This document shows, one piece after another, positions 1 to 12,701 of a stretch of 64,000 nucleotides of DNA. A program made the translations under genes and the position numbers. Numbering within the stretch: position 1 is the first letter of the stretch; each line of letters opens with the position of its first letter. Below the pieces are notes generated by a model, which did not search any database, was not told the origin of the DNA, and was given only the letters and a program-made list of their open reading frames with translations. Source of the stretch: Podarcis liolepis (taxonomy: Eukaryota); the NCBI GenBank assembly GCA_965112155.1, contig OZ218098.1. One strand, given 5' to 3'.

Positions 1-263
1 ATGCAAGAAAATGAGAAACCACATCACGAATTGGTTTCGGAAGAGCTGCCCGAGGAAAAACTGCCTGAGATGGAGATCAGGGTGGTTGGTGAGGAAACTT
101 CCACAAAGGAATCCCTGTTCAAAGTGGTCCAGACCCCTGTGAGCGAGATCGATGAGACAGCCACCCTTCCTGCACAGCTGGATAGATCTCACAGCGTACA
201 GCTTGAGGGCTACCTAGGACGGAAGCACGATATAGAGGCACCTAACAAGAGGGCTTCCAACAG
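1..263 (+). CDS. SPTB: Beta-spectrin, coding exon (partial, begins before window); linker and start of PH domain
   Basis: Frame 1 ends ...VQLEGYLGRKHDIEAPNKRASNR, the N-terminus of the spectrin PH domain; donor AG|GTACAG at 263/264, phase 2. Confidence 0.93.
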
Positions 264-1996
264 GTACAGTTGAATCTTTGCATGGCTTCTGGGCTGGTCT
301 CTAGTATGAAGAATTGGCAACAGCTTCCCTAATTAACATACACAGCAGCCATTGCCTACCCGGTGCCTTCTGGTTGTTTGGAACTACAACTCCCATGATC
401 CATGACCATTGGCTAGGCTGATGGGAATTGTGGTACAAAATTTCTGGAGGGTACCACACTGACAAAGGCTGCTTTACAGAGTTGCTATTACTGGGAGCCA
501 CAGGCAGGTAGGTCTCCACTGCAGGACAAATGAAATGAAGTCAAATCCTATGAGTTCACAACAGATCGAGGCAAATGATGAAGATTATATAGGTGGCGGC
601 ACCAGCATTGTCGCCCCTGCTTGTGTGAAAGGTTCTTGGCACGTTGGGCTTTATGGAAGGGAGAGGTGAAAAGCTTTCCTGTAGTGTAAGGCCCATGCTG
701 GCAAAGCCTTTGTGCTCGAGAGGAAATTGGGGCCGAAGCGAGTGTGGTTGTTGTGAGACTTTTCTTAGCATGACTGTAGCATTTGTGGCATCCAGCTGCA
801 GGAGTACAGCACTTCAGGAGCCCAGTGAGGTCAGCTCAAAAAGGCAATATCCTTAAATTCAAGAACATGGTGTGGTCCACAGTGCCTGTAAGTCAGGGGT
901 CGGCAAGGTTTACCTCGTCTGGGCCAGTTCACTCCTGTGGAGATCGCTCTGTGGGCCGGATCACGTCTGCGCAGACACGATTTTTGGCATCTGAGCATGA
1001 GCAGACAGAATTTCTGGTGCCATGGAAGTGAGTCCCCGCTCTGCACTGCGCTGGTTTAGCGTAGAGCGCGGGGACTCGCCGAGCAGGCAGCTCGGTTTGG
1101 GGACGGCTCATGAGCCATTTAAACGACCCCGTGGGCCTCTTGTGGCCCAGGGCCGCAGGCTGCTGACCCCTGCTGTAAGTCCTTACAAGTATCTTGAACT
1201 ATTTTAGCCCAAACAGGTGGAATCTGACACTTATTGGCTGGTTGTGCCGCTGTTTCATAGTTGGGATATGCTGTGGAGGATAGTTGGGATATGCTCTGGA
1301 GGTTATCACCTTCCTCAAACGCTGAAACCATTGCATACCAAACATTGGATTTTAGACTTTCAAGAAAAACTCCTAGTCATTCATTTTAAGCACCATAGAG
1401 TTTATTTTGTTAAATTCTCTGACCACTTACAGTGATCAAAAAAGATGGCCAAACTCACAATCTTCTCTCTAGGATATTTTTATTAGACACAGAAACGTCC
1501 AGCTGGTCTTGGCATGTTCTGTTTCATTTTGTTCTCTAAATAGACACTCCTGAACAAAGATCCTTTTAGGAATAAGTCTCTTTTGCTTTTCTTTCTCTGA
1601 AAGATCTTTTGTTTTGCCTACTACAAAAAAAATCATTAAAAAAAAATATCTTCAGGTATAGCTTTTGCCCCTCCTGGGGAATACAATAATAATAATGTTC
1701 TTCCGATGCAAAAAGTTAAATCTGATATTTTAAAAAACTAGTTTTACCAAAGACACTAATAGCAAATTCTATTTAAGAGATCAAAATCAAGCCCTGTTTT
1801 TCTGATTCTAGAAAATGAGCTAGGAATGAACAAAACAATTCTTTTGAGTCTGATGGCGGGGGGGGGGGGGGGGAGTCATGCAACACAATCCTATGAAAGT
1901 TTACCCAGAAGTGAGTCCTGTTGTGTTTAATGGGCTGTGTTTCGGATTGCGGCATGCAGCATGCAGCCTCAGAAGAGTTTGTGTCCCCTATTGTAA

Positions 1997-2191
<195 letters not shown>

Positions 2192-2449
2192 TAAGGCCCC
2201 CAACAACTTTCCAAAACTTTGTTCCAGTGTGAGCCAGTTTGGGTCAAACTCTAAGGCAGACAGTCTCTGGCCATACGATTGCTGTAGATCCTTTAGCAAG
2301 ATAAGCTTTCTGGGTATAGGCAGTCTTCCGTCTGAACAACCAAGAGGTTATCTGGGGAAATGGTGCCTTTCAAGGTGTGACTCAAGAGTGGAACGCATAT
2401 TTTAAGGTCATGATTTCTGGAAAATGTTTACTCAGTCGAAAGTGATGAA

Positions 2450-3062
2450 CACATAAGAGAACTCTTCGTTGCATCAAATCACAGGCCCATCCAGCCCAAC
2501 ATCCTGTTTCCCACAATGCAACCAAGATGCCTATAGGAAGCCCACAAACAAGGCATGAGCACAATAGCTAATCCCTGCCTCTGATCCTGGAGGCAGCATG
2601 CAGCCAGTGTGCCTTATCCCCTGTGCATTTGTGTAATGCACATCCAAAATTAGGTTGATAGCCACCAACAGCTCTTGTAGCTGTGAGTTCCATAGTTTAA
2701 CTATGCATTGTGTGAAGAAGTGCTTCCTTTTGTCTGTCCTATATCTACCACCATCCAGTTTCCCTGAGTGATCCTGGGTTTCTAGTATAATGAGGGGACA
2801 ACGACACACTTCTCTTTGTCTTTTACACGCCACCCCAAACATGGGCGTAGCTAGGATTTTTGTTGGTGGGGCAGAACTGACGTGATTGGTCAGTTAGTTA
2901 AGTATTTCTATTGTTTTACTTGATCTAGGGTGGGGCAGCTGCCCCCTGCCCACACCCCCCACCTACGTCCAAGCCCCCAAATGTTGTAACCTTTCCTTCT
3001 AGGGGAGTCCCTCCAGCCCCTTGATAATTTTGAATCCCCTTTCCTGCAGCTTTCCCAGCTTG
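2450..3062 (-). mobile_element. CR1 LINE 3' fragment (degenerate)
   Basis: Minus-strand translation ...GRYRTDKRKHFFTQCIVKLWNS... is the CR1 ORF2 C-terminal motif; interrupted by a MITE. Boundaries approximate. Confidence 0.75.
2840..2973. mobile_element. hAT-type MITE nested in CR1
   Basis: Imperfect TIRs catgggcgtag / ctacgtccaag; flanks accccaaa / cccccaaa (8-bp TSD, 7/8). Confidence 0.6.
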
Positions 3063-3469
3063 AGTTACTGAGATGCTCTTTAGTTAATCCATCTCAGCTT
3101 GTTACACAAGAAAGCCTCCCAGACACCAGCATTTTTCCTTTTTATTAATTGTGTGCTTCTCTTGTAGCCTCAGATCTTTTTAGCGCACTTTGGTACATTA
3201 ATTAAAACACTTAGGTATTTGCCAGAGTCATCTCAAACTGTTTGTTTGCTCTTGATGACCTTTATAACCTGCCTTCCTCCCAAACGAGCCCAGGACAGAA
3301 TTAGTTCATTGAGCAGTTTTGTATGCACTGCGCTTACTCTTCACAAGCTGCACCTACTGTACAGGATTGTGAGGCAGGGCAAGGGAGTTAAACAAGGTGA
3401 TGTTTTGGTATCTTCCAACTCTGTAATGATTTGGTTCTTAAAGCATGCAGTAGCACATATTTGCACTTC

Positions 3470-3875
3470 TCACTGTATTCAGAGAAGGACGACAAAGATG
3501 TTGAGGGGCCATCTCTGTAGAAAGGTTAAAGGAGTTTAGCCTGGAGAAGAGATGATTGAGAGGTGAAAAGGTAGCCATCTTCAGATATTTGAGGAGCTGT
3601 CACATAAAGGATGGAGTAGATCCTGTTAACTCCAGTGGAATAGGAGCTGAACCAATGATTCATTAAAGGAATTTTTGACTAAACCTTAGGAAGAAACTTC
3701 CAGACAGTACAAGTTGAAACAATGGCATGGACTAGCTTGGAAGGTGTGGACTCTCCTTCATTAAATGTTTTTAAGCAGAAGCTAGATAGCAACCTATCAA
3801 GGATGCTATAGCAGTGGATTTTCTGCAATGTCAGGCTACACTAGATTACTTTTTGAAGTCCCTTCCAACTCTCTG
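3470..3875 (+). mobile_element. CR1 LINE 3' fragment (degenerate)
   Basis: cagagaagg...tttagcctggagaagaga...actctccttcatt...gtcccttccaactc, typical CR1 3' end. Boundaries approximate. Confidence 0.75.
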
Positions 3876-3988
3876 TGTGGACCTCCTGACAAGAAGAGCA
3901 AACTCTTAGTCACCCTTTTAAAGTCACCCTTAGAGCCAGGTAACTTTTTTTAAAAAGTGTATTATATAATGATTTTTGTACTTTGCAG

Positions 3989-4031
3989 ACTCAGCAACGG
4001 GAGTGAATGGCTCTTTCATGGCAAAGATGAG
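3989..4031 (+). CDS. SPTB: Beta-spectrin PH-domain small exon
   Basis: Acceptor tttttgtactttgcag|, encodes (R)LSNGSEWLFHGKDE, donor GAG|GTAGGT. Confidence 0.93.
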
Positions 4032-5142
4032 GTAGGTGTTGTCATGAATCCGGGGCTTAAGAAATGAACTGTAAGTGTGTCACTGTTTCCATGTACTGAA
4101 GTGAATGGTACCACTTTGCATCATACTGTTTTGCTAATCAAAGCTTTGGCACGGCTGGGCCACTAACCATGACTGCTCATTGAATCAGCAGTCAAGTACA
4201 GCTAGGGTCACACCCACTTGACGGAGTGGGAAGGAGCTGGAATATATTTCATAGGGTAGGAGAAAAGGAGTTTGTATTTCATCAAATAACTATTTTAAGT
4301 TACTAGAGCTGGCTAGCAAAATGCCACCTTGGGGCTTGCTGTTGCTTTTTGAGGCCTGAGTGTATTAAGACTAGTAGCACCTGTGTGTCTGCTTGCATCT
4401 CAACTGCTCTATGTATATATTTGAATTACCAGAGCCAACTGAATGGCTGCAGCCATATGTAGAAATACTGGCATTAGATTGAAATGCCATGTGGAAAGCA
4501 ACTAACATTGATTTCTAATAGAAAAGGAAGCAAAATAAAACGGGTCTCTAGGTAGAGTTCCATGAGTAGAATTAATGTGCAATCTTTTTTTTAATAAGGA
4601 GATTGAGGCTGCAATCCTATGCCCACTTATTTGGGAGTAAGCACCAGTGAACTTAACGGGGCTCATTTCTAAGTAGACACATATAGGTAGTACACATACC
4701 CTTAAACATTTTGTGACTCTACGTTTGGTCTCATTGAGGGGCAGTATTTCAATATGAGTAGGAAAATGAGAGTTCCCCTTAAAAAATTTTTAGGAAAAAA
4801 GCACTGCAGCTGAGTATACATGTCTACTCAGACGTATAAATCTTTGTGTGAACTGATTGTTCTCTTGGTAATTGAATTTATTGGCTTCTTAATCTATTTT
4901 GAATTGTTCTGCTTTAACATTTTTTCCTTCCTTAGTTCAATGTGTTCCTGCCCCTCGGCTTTTCTCTGGGGCAGCTAGCCACAATCAGCCAATATTTTGG
5001 ATGTTTTTGAAGAAACATTTAAAAATGTAGAAAGTACATAGTCAAACTGCTGAAATGTCTTTTTTTCTTTTCTTTTGGTAACATTGCTTTGGGTAGCAAT
5101 TGGCAACTGAAGTGTGTGTAAACCGGATTTTGTTGTTGGCAG

Positions 5143-5310
5143 GATGAGATGCACACCTGGCTTCAGGGCTTCAGCACAGCAATAATCGAATCCCAAAGCA
5201 TTAAAACCAAGGCCCAAAGCCTGCCTCTGCCTTCCATCACTACCATGGACGTGAGTCTGACCAAGAAAGACAAAGAGAAGAGATTCAGCTTCTTTCCCAA
5301 AAAGAAATAG
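5143..5310 (+). CDS. SPTB: Beta-spectrin terminal coding exon (PH-containing long isoform)
   Basis: Acceptor ttgttggcag|, encodes DEMHTWLQGFSTAIIESQSIKTKAQSLPLPSITTMDVSLTKKDKEKRFSFFPKKK*; the tail matches the recalled SPTB long-isoform C-terminus. Confidence 0.95.
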   Translation, partial: DEMHTWLQGFSTAIIESQSIKTKAQSLPLPSITTMDVSLTKKDKEKRFSFFPKKK

Positions 5311-8300
5311 CTAGACAGGTGGCTTGGTCCAGCCAGATGCCTATGTTCTAATGTGCATAACGGGGGGGAAACCTGCATGTCCGAGTGTCCCTGGGCACTC
5401 CTGGCACCACTCAAAACACTGTTCTCATCTCCACAACACAGCCTTGCTTCTCATTTCCCACCACATCCCCATCTCTCTCCCCCACACAACCCAGGGCATC
5501 AAGGCAGTGTTTCAGGTAACAAGGCAACATCCCTGCTGCAAGCAGAGCTGCGAGGTGTGTGTCCTTGGTTGGTTCATTGGGAATGCAGAGTTCAGCAAGG
5601 CTGACCTTGTGCGTGATCATGCTTTGCACACCTCTCTGTGAACAAAGAACTGCTTCAGGGGAGAAGACAGTGTGTCGATTTCAGGGGCTTTTTGTGGAAG
5701 AAAGGAGTGAAGCAGGAACCTAGCCCACCCCAAAAGGGAACTGAATGAAAACCATGATGGCTCTGGAGCAATTCTGCTTATCTTGGAGGTTGGGGAAACT
5801 ACATCCTCAGCTCATTGCCAAAAGCCCTGGTTCCCAGAAGCTGCTTTCCCAAATCGTCTGTTGGAATAGAACCGTCATGTGGAATTTCACCGTCATCTAT
5901 AGCACAGGCACACCATGCATCAAGATCCAACCCTCATACTGGAAGTCAGTTTTCTCTTTTCAGCAGGTCTGATGCTCTTCTTTGCAGGGGCATCTGCGAC
6001 GTACGCACACACGCATGCACAATACCGTGTCACAAAGCACAGAACTTTCTCACCAAAAGGTTCCACCCAGAGTCCACTGCGTTGGTGGCGGAATCCTTGC
6101 TCGATTATAAATGAATCAGGGTTGCAACCAAAGAGGAGAGAGCATGACCCATGTTCAGACTTCTGCACTAAATTGGTTAGAATGGAGACGTGTTAGAAAT
6201 GTGTGTGTGTGTTTGTGAAAGAGAGAGGAAGTTTGCTCACCCGCTGCACTAGGAATACAAGGAAGCTGAAGTTAGTTGCAGCTATGCCCCACTGAGAAGC
6301 AGCCTGTTGGGTTTCAGTGGACTTTAGCCACCATTAACTTTGGCTGGATTGTGCCCCACATTACTTAATGAGGTTTTTATCAGCCCCACTATATTTATGC
6401 CGGGGTTAACTTTGTGACTAGGCTGAATCCAGGTGCCCTCCCCTCCCCTGAGCTTTCTGTAAACATCTGTCCTGTGTTGGCTCAGCTCTCCAGAAGCAAA
6501 TGGCTCCTCTCTTGTCCCTCCGAGGATGCATTGTGCCCGAGCATGGCCTTTGGTAATCCACTGCACTGCTTACACTTCTGTAGAATGGAGTGTGGCTTTC
6601 TCAGTTACTGTAAATGCAGTCTTAATCCCAACTGCTCCCTTCTGCAGAGACCTCTGCCTGTGATGTGTGGGTGTCTGAATGGCTGTTTAAAATATATACA
6701 GGCACATCTAGCTCTGACCTTATGATAAAGTTCACAAGCCCCTTATCCAAGGAAGGAATTCATCATCATCCCCTCCCAAAGACAGATGGCTGCTCAGCTG
6801 TATTGCTCTTTTGGAACATATTGCTGGAGAGCTAATTGCTTTTGACATTGAGTGGAGCCTGGAGATTGCCTTTCCTGCAATGGCCTCTTTGCAGCGATAG
6901 TAATACTAAGGATTCTGAAAACAGCAGGCTCCCATTCTTCAGTTGTCTTTAGAGCACCCCGCCCCTAGGGCTCATTGCGATTTCTAAACCATGTTTTCTT
7001 TGTGGGTGCCATATACCATACAAAAAGTGCCTTAACCTAGGGGCATCCCATTATCATCACTCCAGGAGTGCGCAGGCTCTGTAAACACCATGAACAGATT
7101 GGTTTGGATTCTCCTCGCTCGAAAAGGAAGCTATGAAACTGTCTCTTTAAGCAAAAGATATGGGGATCCGGGGGGGGGGGCTGTCTTTGCCTCACACCCA
7201 CAGCTGTGGGAAAAAGCAGGGCTTGACACTTACTGTCATGGATCCAGGTACCAACAGCTGAGGCTTGAGGTTTTTCCACATGTTACCTTTTGTCAAGTCT
7301 CAAAAGTGTTAAACTTTTCCAGATCTCCTGGGCTGTAATGGGTAGCTGACAATCGGCTGCCTCACTATTGTGATGAGCAGAGCAGATTCTTCCACAATGC
7401 TACATTCGAAAAGCCAATACATCTAAATGGTTTTGAATTATAGTGTTCCGGGTTGTGGAGTCTGGTAGCATTAACCCCACTGAACATTACCAGTGCAGTT
7501 ATACGACAGCTTAGCTGCCAGCCTTCTCCTTTCTGCCATTATAAAACATCACTGCCATAAAGGATGATCTTCCCCCTTTTATGTTCAGAGTAGGATGCAC
7601 CCCTAGGTGACTGCTGAACAGCTGGTTGTACCACAACCCACATATTGCAAAATTGGGTTTTTAAATATGAAATTAATCAGCAGGTGCAGGAATGATTGCA
7701 AGGGGAGGTGGAGAAGAAAGTTGAAAAGTAGAGCAGACAGCCTTACTAATTCAGCATCCCTCAATGATGCTGGTAACTGGTGCCAATTGGGGGCTGGTAG
7801 GGCAAAAGGCAAAGAGACCTGCAGTAGGCTTAGCTAGAGCCAACTCAATCCGGTTTTGCCACTGTGTTCTACAAGTGCAACACCAAGACTGAGGAGCAGT
7901 GCCATACTCTTGACTGGTTCTAAGTGGGAAGGCAGGTAGCCATGAGCGCCCCATTAGTTCTAATGGAGAAGCTTCCACTGCTTCCATAAGCCTTTCTTGC
8001 TTCCAGAGGAAGAGCAAGCAGCGCCCACTAATACTTCTCTGTTGCTGCACAGTTTCGACACAAGTCAGTGATATAGCATGCTATTACAACAAAGACTTAA
8101 ATATTGTGGATAATTTGCCACAGCACTGATATTCAAGGCATGCAGCCCTAGCCTGTGCAGATAATGGGGGTGCCTAAGCTCACTGAAAGCAGTTAAGCTT
8201 AGGCACACGTGAAACAAGGCCTATTTAAGCAGAATGCCTTTATGCTCCATTTCGAGGCTAAAACATGGAAGGATTCTCTCCGCCAAGGTACTGATGGTTA

Positions 8301-9823
8301 TTGCTAGGGAGAGCTCAAAGGTGCAAAAGGGAGGGGGAACTCTTCTCTAGCAAAAACAGTGGGCACTCTTAGGAACAAGAGCCCCCAGCCTGCCTGGAAT
8401 CTGCATTCTTCTGGTGACCTTGCAAAGCCGTGCTGAAAACCTGTGGGCTGCTTATCGTCAGCCTGTTCATTGGTGCCCAGACGACGATGCCAGCATTGGG
8501 AAAGAGCAGTGTGTCTCTGAGCACACGCAGAGAGGTCCCCCCCCCACCAGCCTGCCTCCCTGCTTGCAGCTGAGCAGTACTGGCACCTTTTTTTCTAGAA
8601 AAGAAAGCACTGCCTGCCATACTTACAATCTGAATGCCCCCAAAGTGGTATTTTCTCCACTCTTCCAGTCCATGCTTATAGGGGAGAGATATACTTTATC
8701 AGCCTGCTGAAGTGAGCACAGAATGGCTCAACTAAGAAAAGGGGAAAAAAGGCAGGCTGTCTGGACTTCATTGTGGGATTTTAAAAAAAGAAAATCTTAT
8801 GTGAGGCAGCTCTGTCTAGGAGAGGCACCAGGCAAGGAATAGTAGGGATCCTGCAAGTTTAGGGTGACCGTTTTCTTTAAGACAACAAAGCACATGAGAA
8901 TTAGGAGGAGCCGATTCTCCAGCAAATGCCATCAGGAAGAGAAATATTTACTAAACATGCTACCCAACTGCAATTGTACAACAAATATACCTTTGGGACC
9001 GCATAAGCATTCTGGCTTTGGCAAGCTCAGCCATCCCTTCCCTTCCTGGAGGATATTTTCACCTGTCAACTCCTGAGTTTCAGGTATGGTAAAATGCTCC
9101 TTTTCAGGAAGCTGAAAACACACAAAGCTAGGCTGAAATGCTATTTGAGACTATTCCTGCTGTGTATGACCACTGCCCTATACTAGGCTATGTGCTAAAT
9201 AAGGAAGTTGCTGCAGCCCTTATGTGTACTTGTTCTGCTCCCCCGTTTCTTTAACCTTTTGCTTGTGCACAGCACCATAAGCTGTGCTCCCAGACCTCTG
9301 TTTGGTTTCAGCTTGGCACGTTTCGAGTGCAGTCGTTGTCGGTGTGCCATTATGTCTCGCTGCATTGTGCTCCTACCCATTACAGACCCAGGGAGTGTTA
9401 TCATTTCCCTAGCAGGAACCATTTGCTGTCTGGCAACTTGCAGCCTTCCCGTGCCTGGCTGCGCCTAGCTCTTCCTTCTTAGATCTAAAGCGACTTCACC
9501 TCCGTCAAGCGGCTCCTCCATCAGGCTTAGCTCTCCAAGACCCCACTACTAACGCAGAGGTCAGGACCTGTCAGAAGGGAGCTCCACATGCACCATGCCC
9601 AGAACATGTTTGCTTCAGAAGAGCAAGGGCTGTTTCTTGGAGATACGGAGAACAGCTAAAGTAGCCCAGGACCTCTCCTACAGGTTTATAGGGTTTGGGG
9701 GTTCATACTCTCTTAAAAACAGCTAGGCACCAAGTTCCACCTGCTCCAATGTGCTTCCACTGTCCAGAAAAAAGAGCTAAAGCTTCAGAATGTGCTTCAG
9801 AAGCAATTTAATAACATTTTTCT

Positions 9824-9841
9824 AATAAATGAACAAATAAA
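9824..9841 (+). terminator. SPTB: Candidate SPTB polyadenylation signals (two AATAAA)
   Basis: First AATAAA hexamers I could find after the stop (9824-9829, 9836-9841), followed by a T/GT-rich tract; implies a ~4.5 kb 3' UTR. Confidence 0.55.
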
Positions 9842-11895
9842 CCCTTCTTGGCTCCTGGATTTTGTGTGCAATTTCTGTTCGTTAAGGGCTCACCCACAGT
9901 TACCTGCAGTATGGTTAAAGACACGAGTGAGAGCCTAGGGGCCTGTGTGTAACACCTCTGCTCAAAACTCTAGATGTCCGTTTTCTAACAGGCCAAGTTC
10001 AAAGTGTTACTATCGGTATGTAAAGCCTTTACTGGATTGGGACCAGTTTACTTGTGGGATCACTTTACCCCACATGTACCCTCTTGATGGCTTGGGTCTG
10101 CAGAACTGCCGCTGTTACAGGTGCAACATAAGACCTTTTCTGCACTTTTAAGAAATCCACATTTTCATATTACAGCACCTGCACTTTGAAACTCCCTTCC
10201 TATTGACACCAGGCAGGCACCTTTGCTATATTATTTTTGGCGCTTGCTTAAAAGATTTCTGTTTAGGCAAGCCTACCCAGACATGGAGCAGTTACATGTG
10301 TTTTATCTCTCTTCAGCTACTGTTGTATTTAATAATGCTCTGAATGTTTTAAAATCCCCATACTGAGAATTTAAATGCTTATATTTTTGTAAACCCCTCA
10401 GAGGTGTTCTTACAATCAAGCGATACATAAATGTTGTCAAAATTAAGGAAAAACAAAACACTATGCAGTCATTTTGCTGCCTGGAACACCCACACCGTTT
10501 CAAGCTTACAAAAGAAAAGGGAGCACCCCCAAAAGTTATCTTGAATAGCCTTTAATGCAAAGTATCCTTGAACATGTCCAGAGATGATGCCTAAGGACCT
10601 TTGGGATAGTCTTTGGCAGGCAGAGAGAGGAATGGAGCAGACCCTTGACATTTTCTGTTGTTTGAAACTCACCCCTAAGAAGGTGGGCGTTGCTTCTCTG
10701 CTGTTTGGTGGAGAAATAACCTCAAATACTTCCCACCCCAGCTGATGAAAACCCACCATTGCACCCTGACTCCTGCCCCAGAAATCCAGAATGTGTTTGT
10801 GCTCCCCTTCTCTCAACCGTCACTGCCTACCCTTAAACCCAACATTCGATAATAAGACTGGGCAGCTGCAGCACTTTCCTGACTTGTTCCTATTTCTCCA
10901 TACAGAGCTCTCCTCTAGTGGAGCTGCATTGTTTCCTTTGGCAAAGTGTCCCATCTTAGAGAAACTTGATCTAAAGACATCCAGTAGTCGGGGTGGGGGC
11001 AGTGATCTTTCTAGCCTGACCAGTGAATAGAATAAATCTTCTACCAAGGGATGTGCAGGTCTTTTAAGACCTCCTGGCACTATAGTGGATCAGAACCACA
11101 CCAGTGTTAGCCCATGCCACTGGTGAACTTAAGAGAGCTCTGTGATGCTCAAGACTCTTCTCAATCTTACTTCTGCAGTAAAAAATCATAGGCTGCAATT
11201 CCCCCCCCCCATTCCCCCCCCCAAGTGAAGAAACCACAGCCACATTTTCTGGTCAAAAGTGGTTATTGCACAGTGCGTACAGACTGAAATGTGTACACAA
11301 CCAATATTATTAAGATTATATACTATCAAACTGGGAGTCTTAGATCAACCCTCTGCCAGCCACAGTAAAATCACGCGCTTAAAAATAAAAAAGTAAAGAC
11401 AAAAGAAAATTTGGAACAATAACTTATGGTTATCCTATGAGACTGAGCAACAGAAGGCTCATTCATTTCTGCTGTGGCTTGGCAAAGCAAGGATTTGGTC
11501 CTGAAGGGAAAGGAAACACCTTTTCTTAGTGGACCATATGAGTAGCTGCAAAGGAGTCTCTGATTTGTGGTATGCCTGTCCTGATGGGAAGCTTCTCAGT
11601 GCTTCCCGGAAACGTGTGAAGAGTACTTCCCAACAGTGCGGCCAACGAAGGACAGCAACCACCTGGCTCAGAATGCACAGCCATGAGCTCAGCAACTTCC
11701 CAGAAGGTAGAGGCAGCTGGACACGAAGGTTGGAGCACAATCAGCCAGGTGGCAATCCAGGTCGGAAGAGGAGGAAGAGACTGTCACCCGTCCTTTCTCC
11801 TCTCAAGGAGCTGGGGGAGAAAATGACATCAACTCCAGAACCACCCTAGTTCATAAAAGAGGGCTTAGCAGCATGGGAGCAACAGACATGGGAGC

Positions 11896-12701
11896 TCAAC
11901 TGTTGGAATTGAGGGTCTGGAATTTCTCCCTCAGGTTCTTTACCAGGCTCTGCTGGCTGCTGTCTGTTTTCTCCCGGCAAACCTGCTGAAGTGCTTTGTG
12001 GGGAGCTGCTTCCTGGAGGTCCTCCTCACGCCTGCGGTATTCTTCCGAGTCCTGGTAGGCCTTGCACCTCTCCACCACAGCCTTGAGAGAGATCTTCTCC
12101 CGGGAAGTAGGGGAGCGAATCTGCACATAGCTCTCGTCCGGATCGACAGTCACATCCAGCAGCTTTTCCATGACAACCACTCGCTGACGGTTCTCCAGTG
12201 AAGTCTCAGCTGTAACGCTCAATTCCTTGTGCGCGTTGCGGCCCTGGAGCACGGAGTCCGGTGGAGCTTCCCTTTTGCAGCCTGGCATGCTGCCCCCTTG
12301 CTGGGGTTTGTCCGCTGCCTTCACAATCCTCTTGGAGCACTGGTGCTCCTCCAGAGCTCTACCAGCTGTATCCACCATTTTTTCAGGGGCTGAGCGGCTC
12401 CTGTTGACGGGTTGCGGCCTGCACTTCTGATTCCCTGATGGACAGGAATATTTGGACCTGAGCTCCCGCACGTCTGGCCAGTTGAACTTCTCAGCCACGA
12501 CGGGGCTGAGGGGGCTGCAAGACAGGGTGCTGCTGGTGGGGGAGGCAAGCCGCGGGCTGCTGGAGGAGGGGCTGAAAGAGAAGCGCTTGGGGGACTTCTC
12601 CAGGGACGAGGTTGACGATGGGGGGAGAGTCAGTGGGCTGGCCTCCTGCAGCAATACTTGCTCGTAGGTATTGGGGAGGGTCAAGGCTGGCTTCCGTTTG
12701 C
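11896..12701 (-). CDS. PLEKHG3: PLEKHG3 terminal coding exon
   Basis: Acceptor tttcttctag|, (G)KRKPALTLP...FNWPDVRELRSKY...PVNRSRSAPEKM...SLVKNLREKFQTLNSNS*, phase 1. Confidence 0.93.

Noticed and set aside
370-460. Short 'actacaactcccat...gatgggagttg' hairpin repeats (also ~22600, 27780, 32450, 34890, 54990) and 'caatcctatg' hairpins (~1885, 4610, 43950)
   Set aside because: Common degenerate squamate MITE-like repeats; no support for miRNA genes or a CRISPR-like array, and ends are too eroded to annotate.
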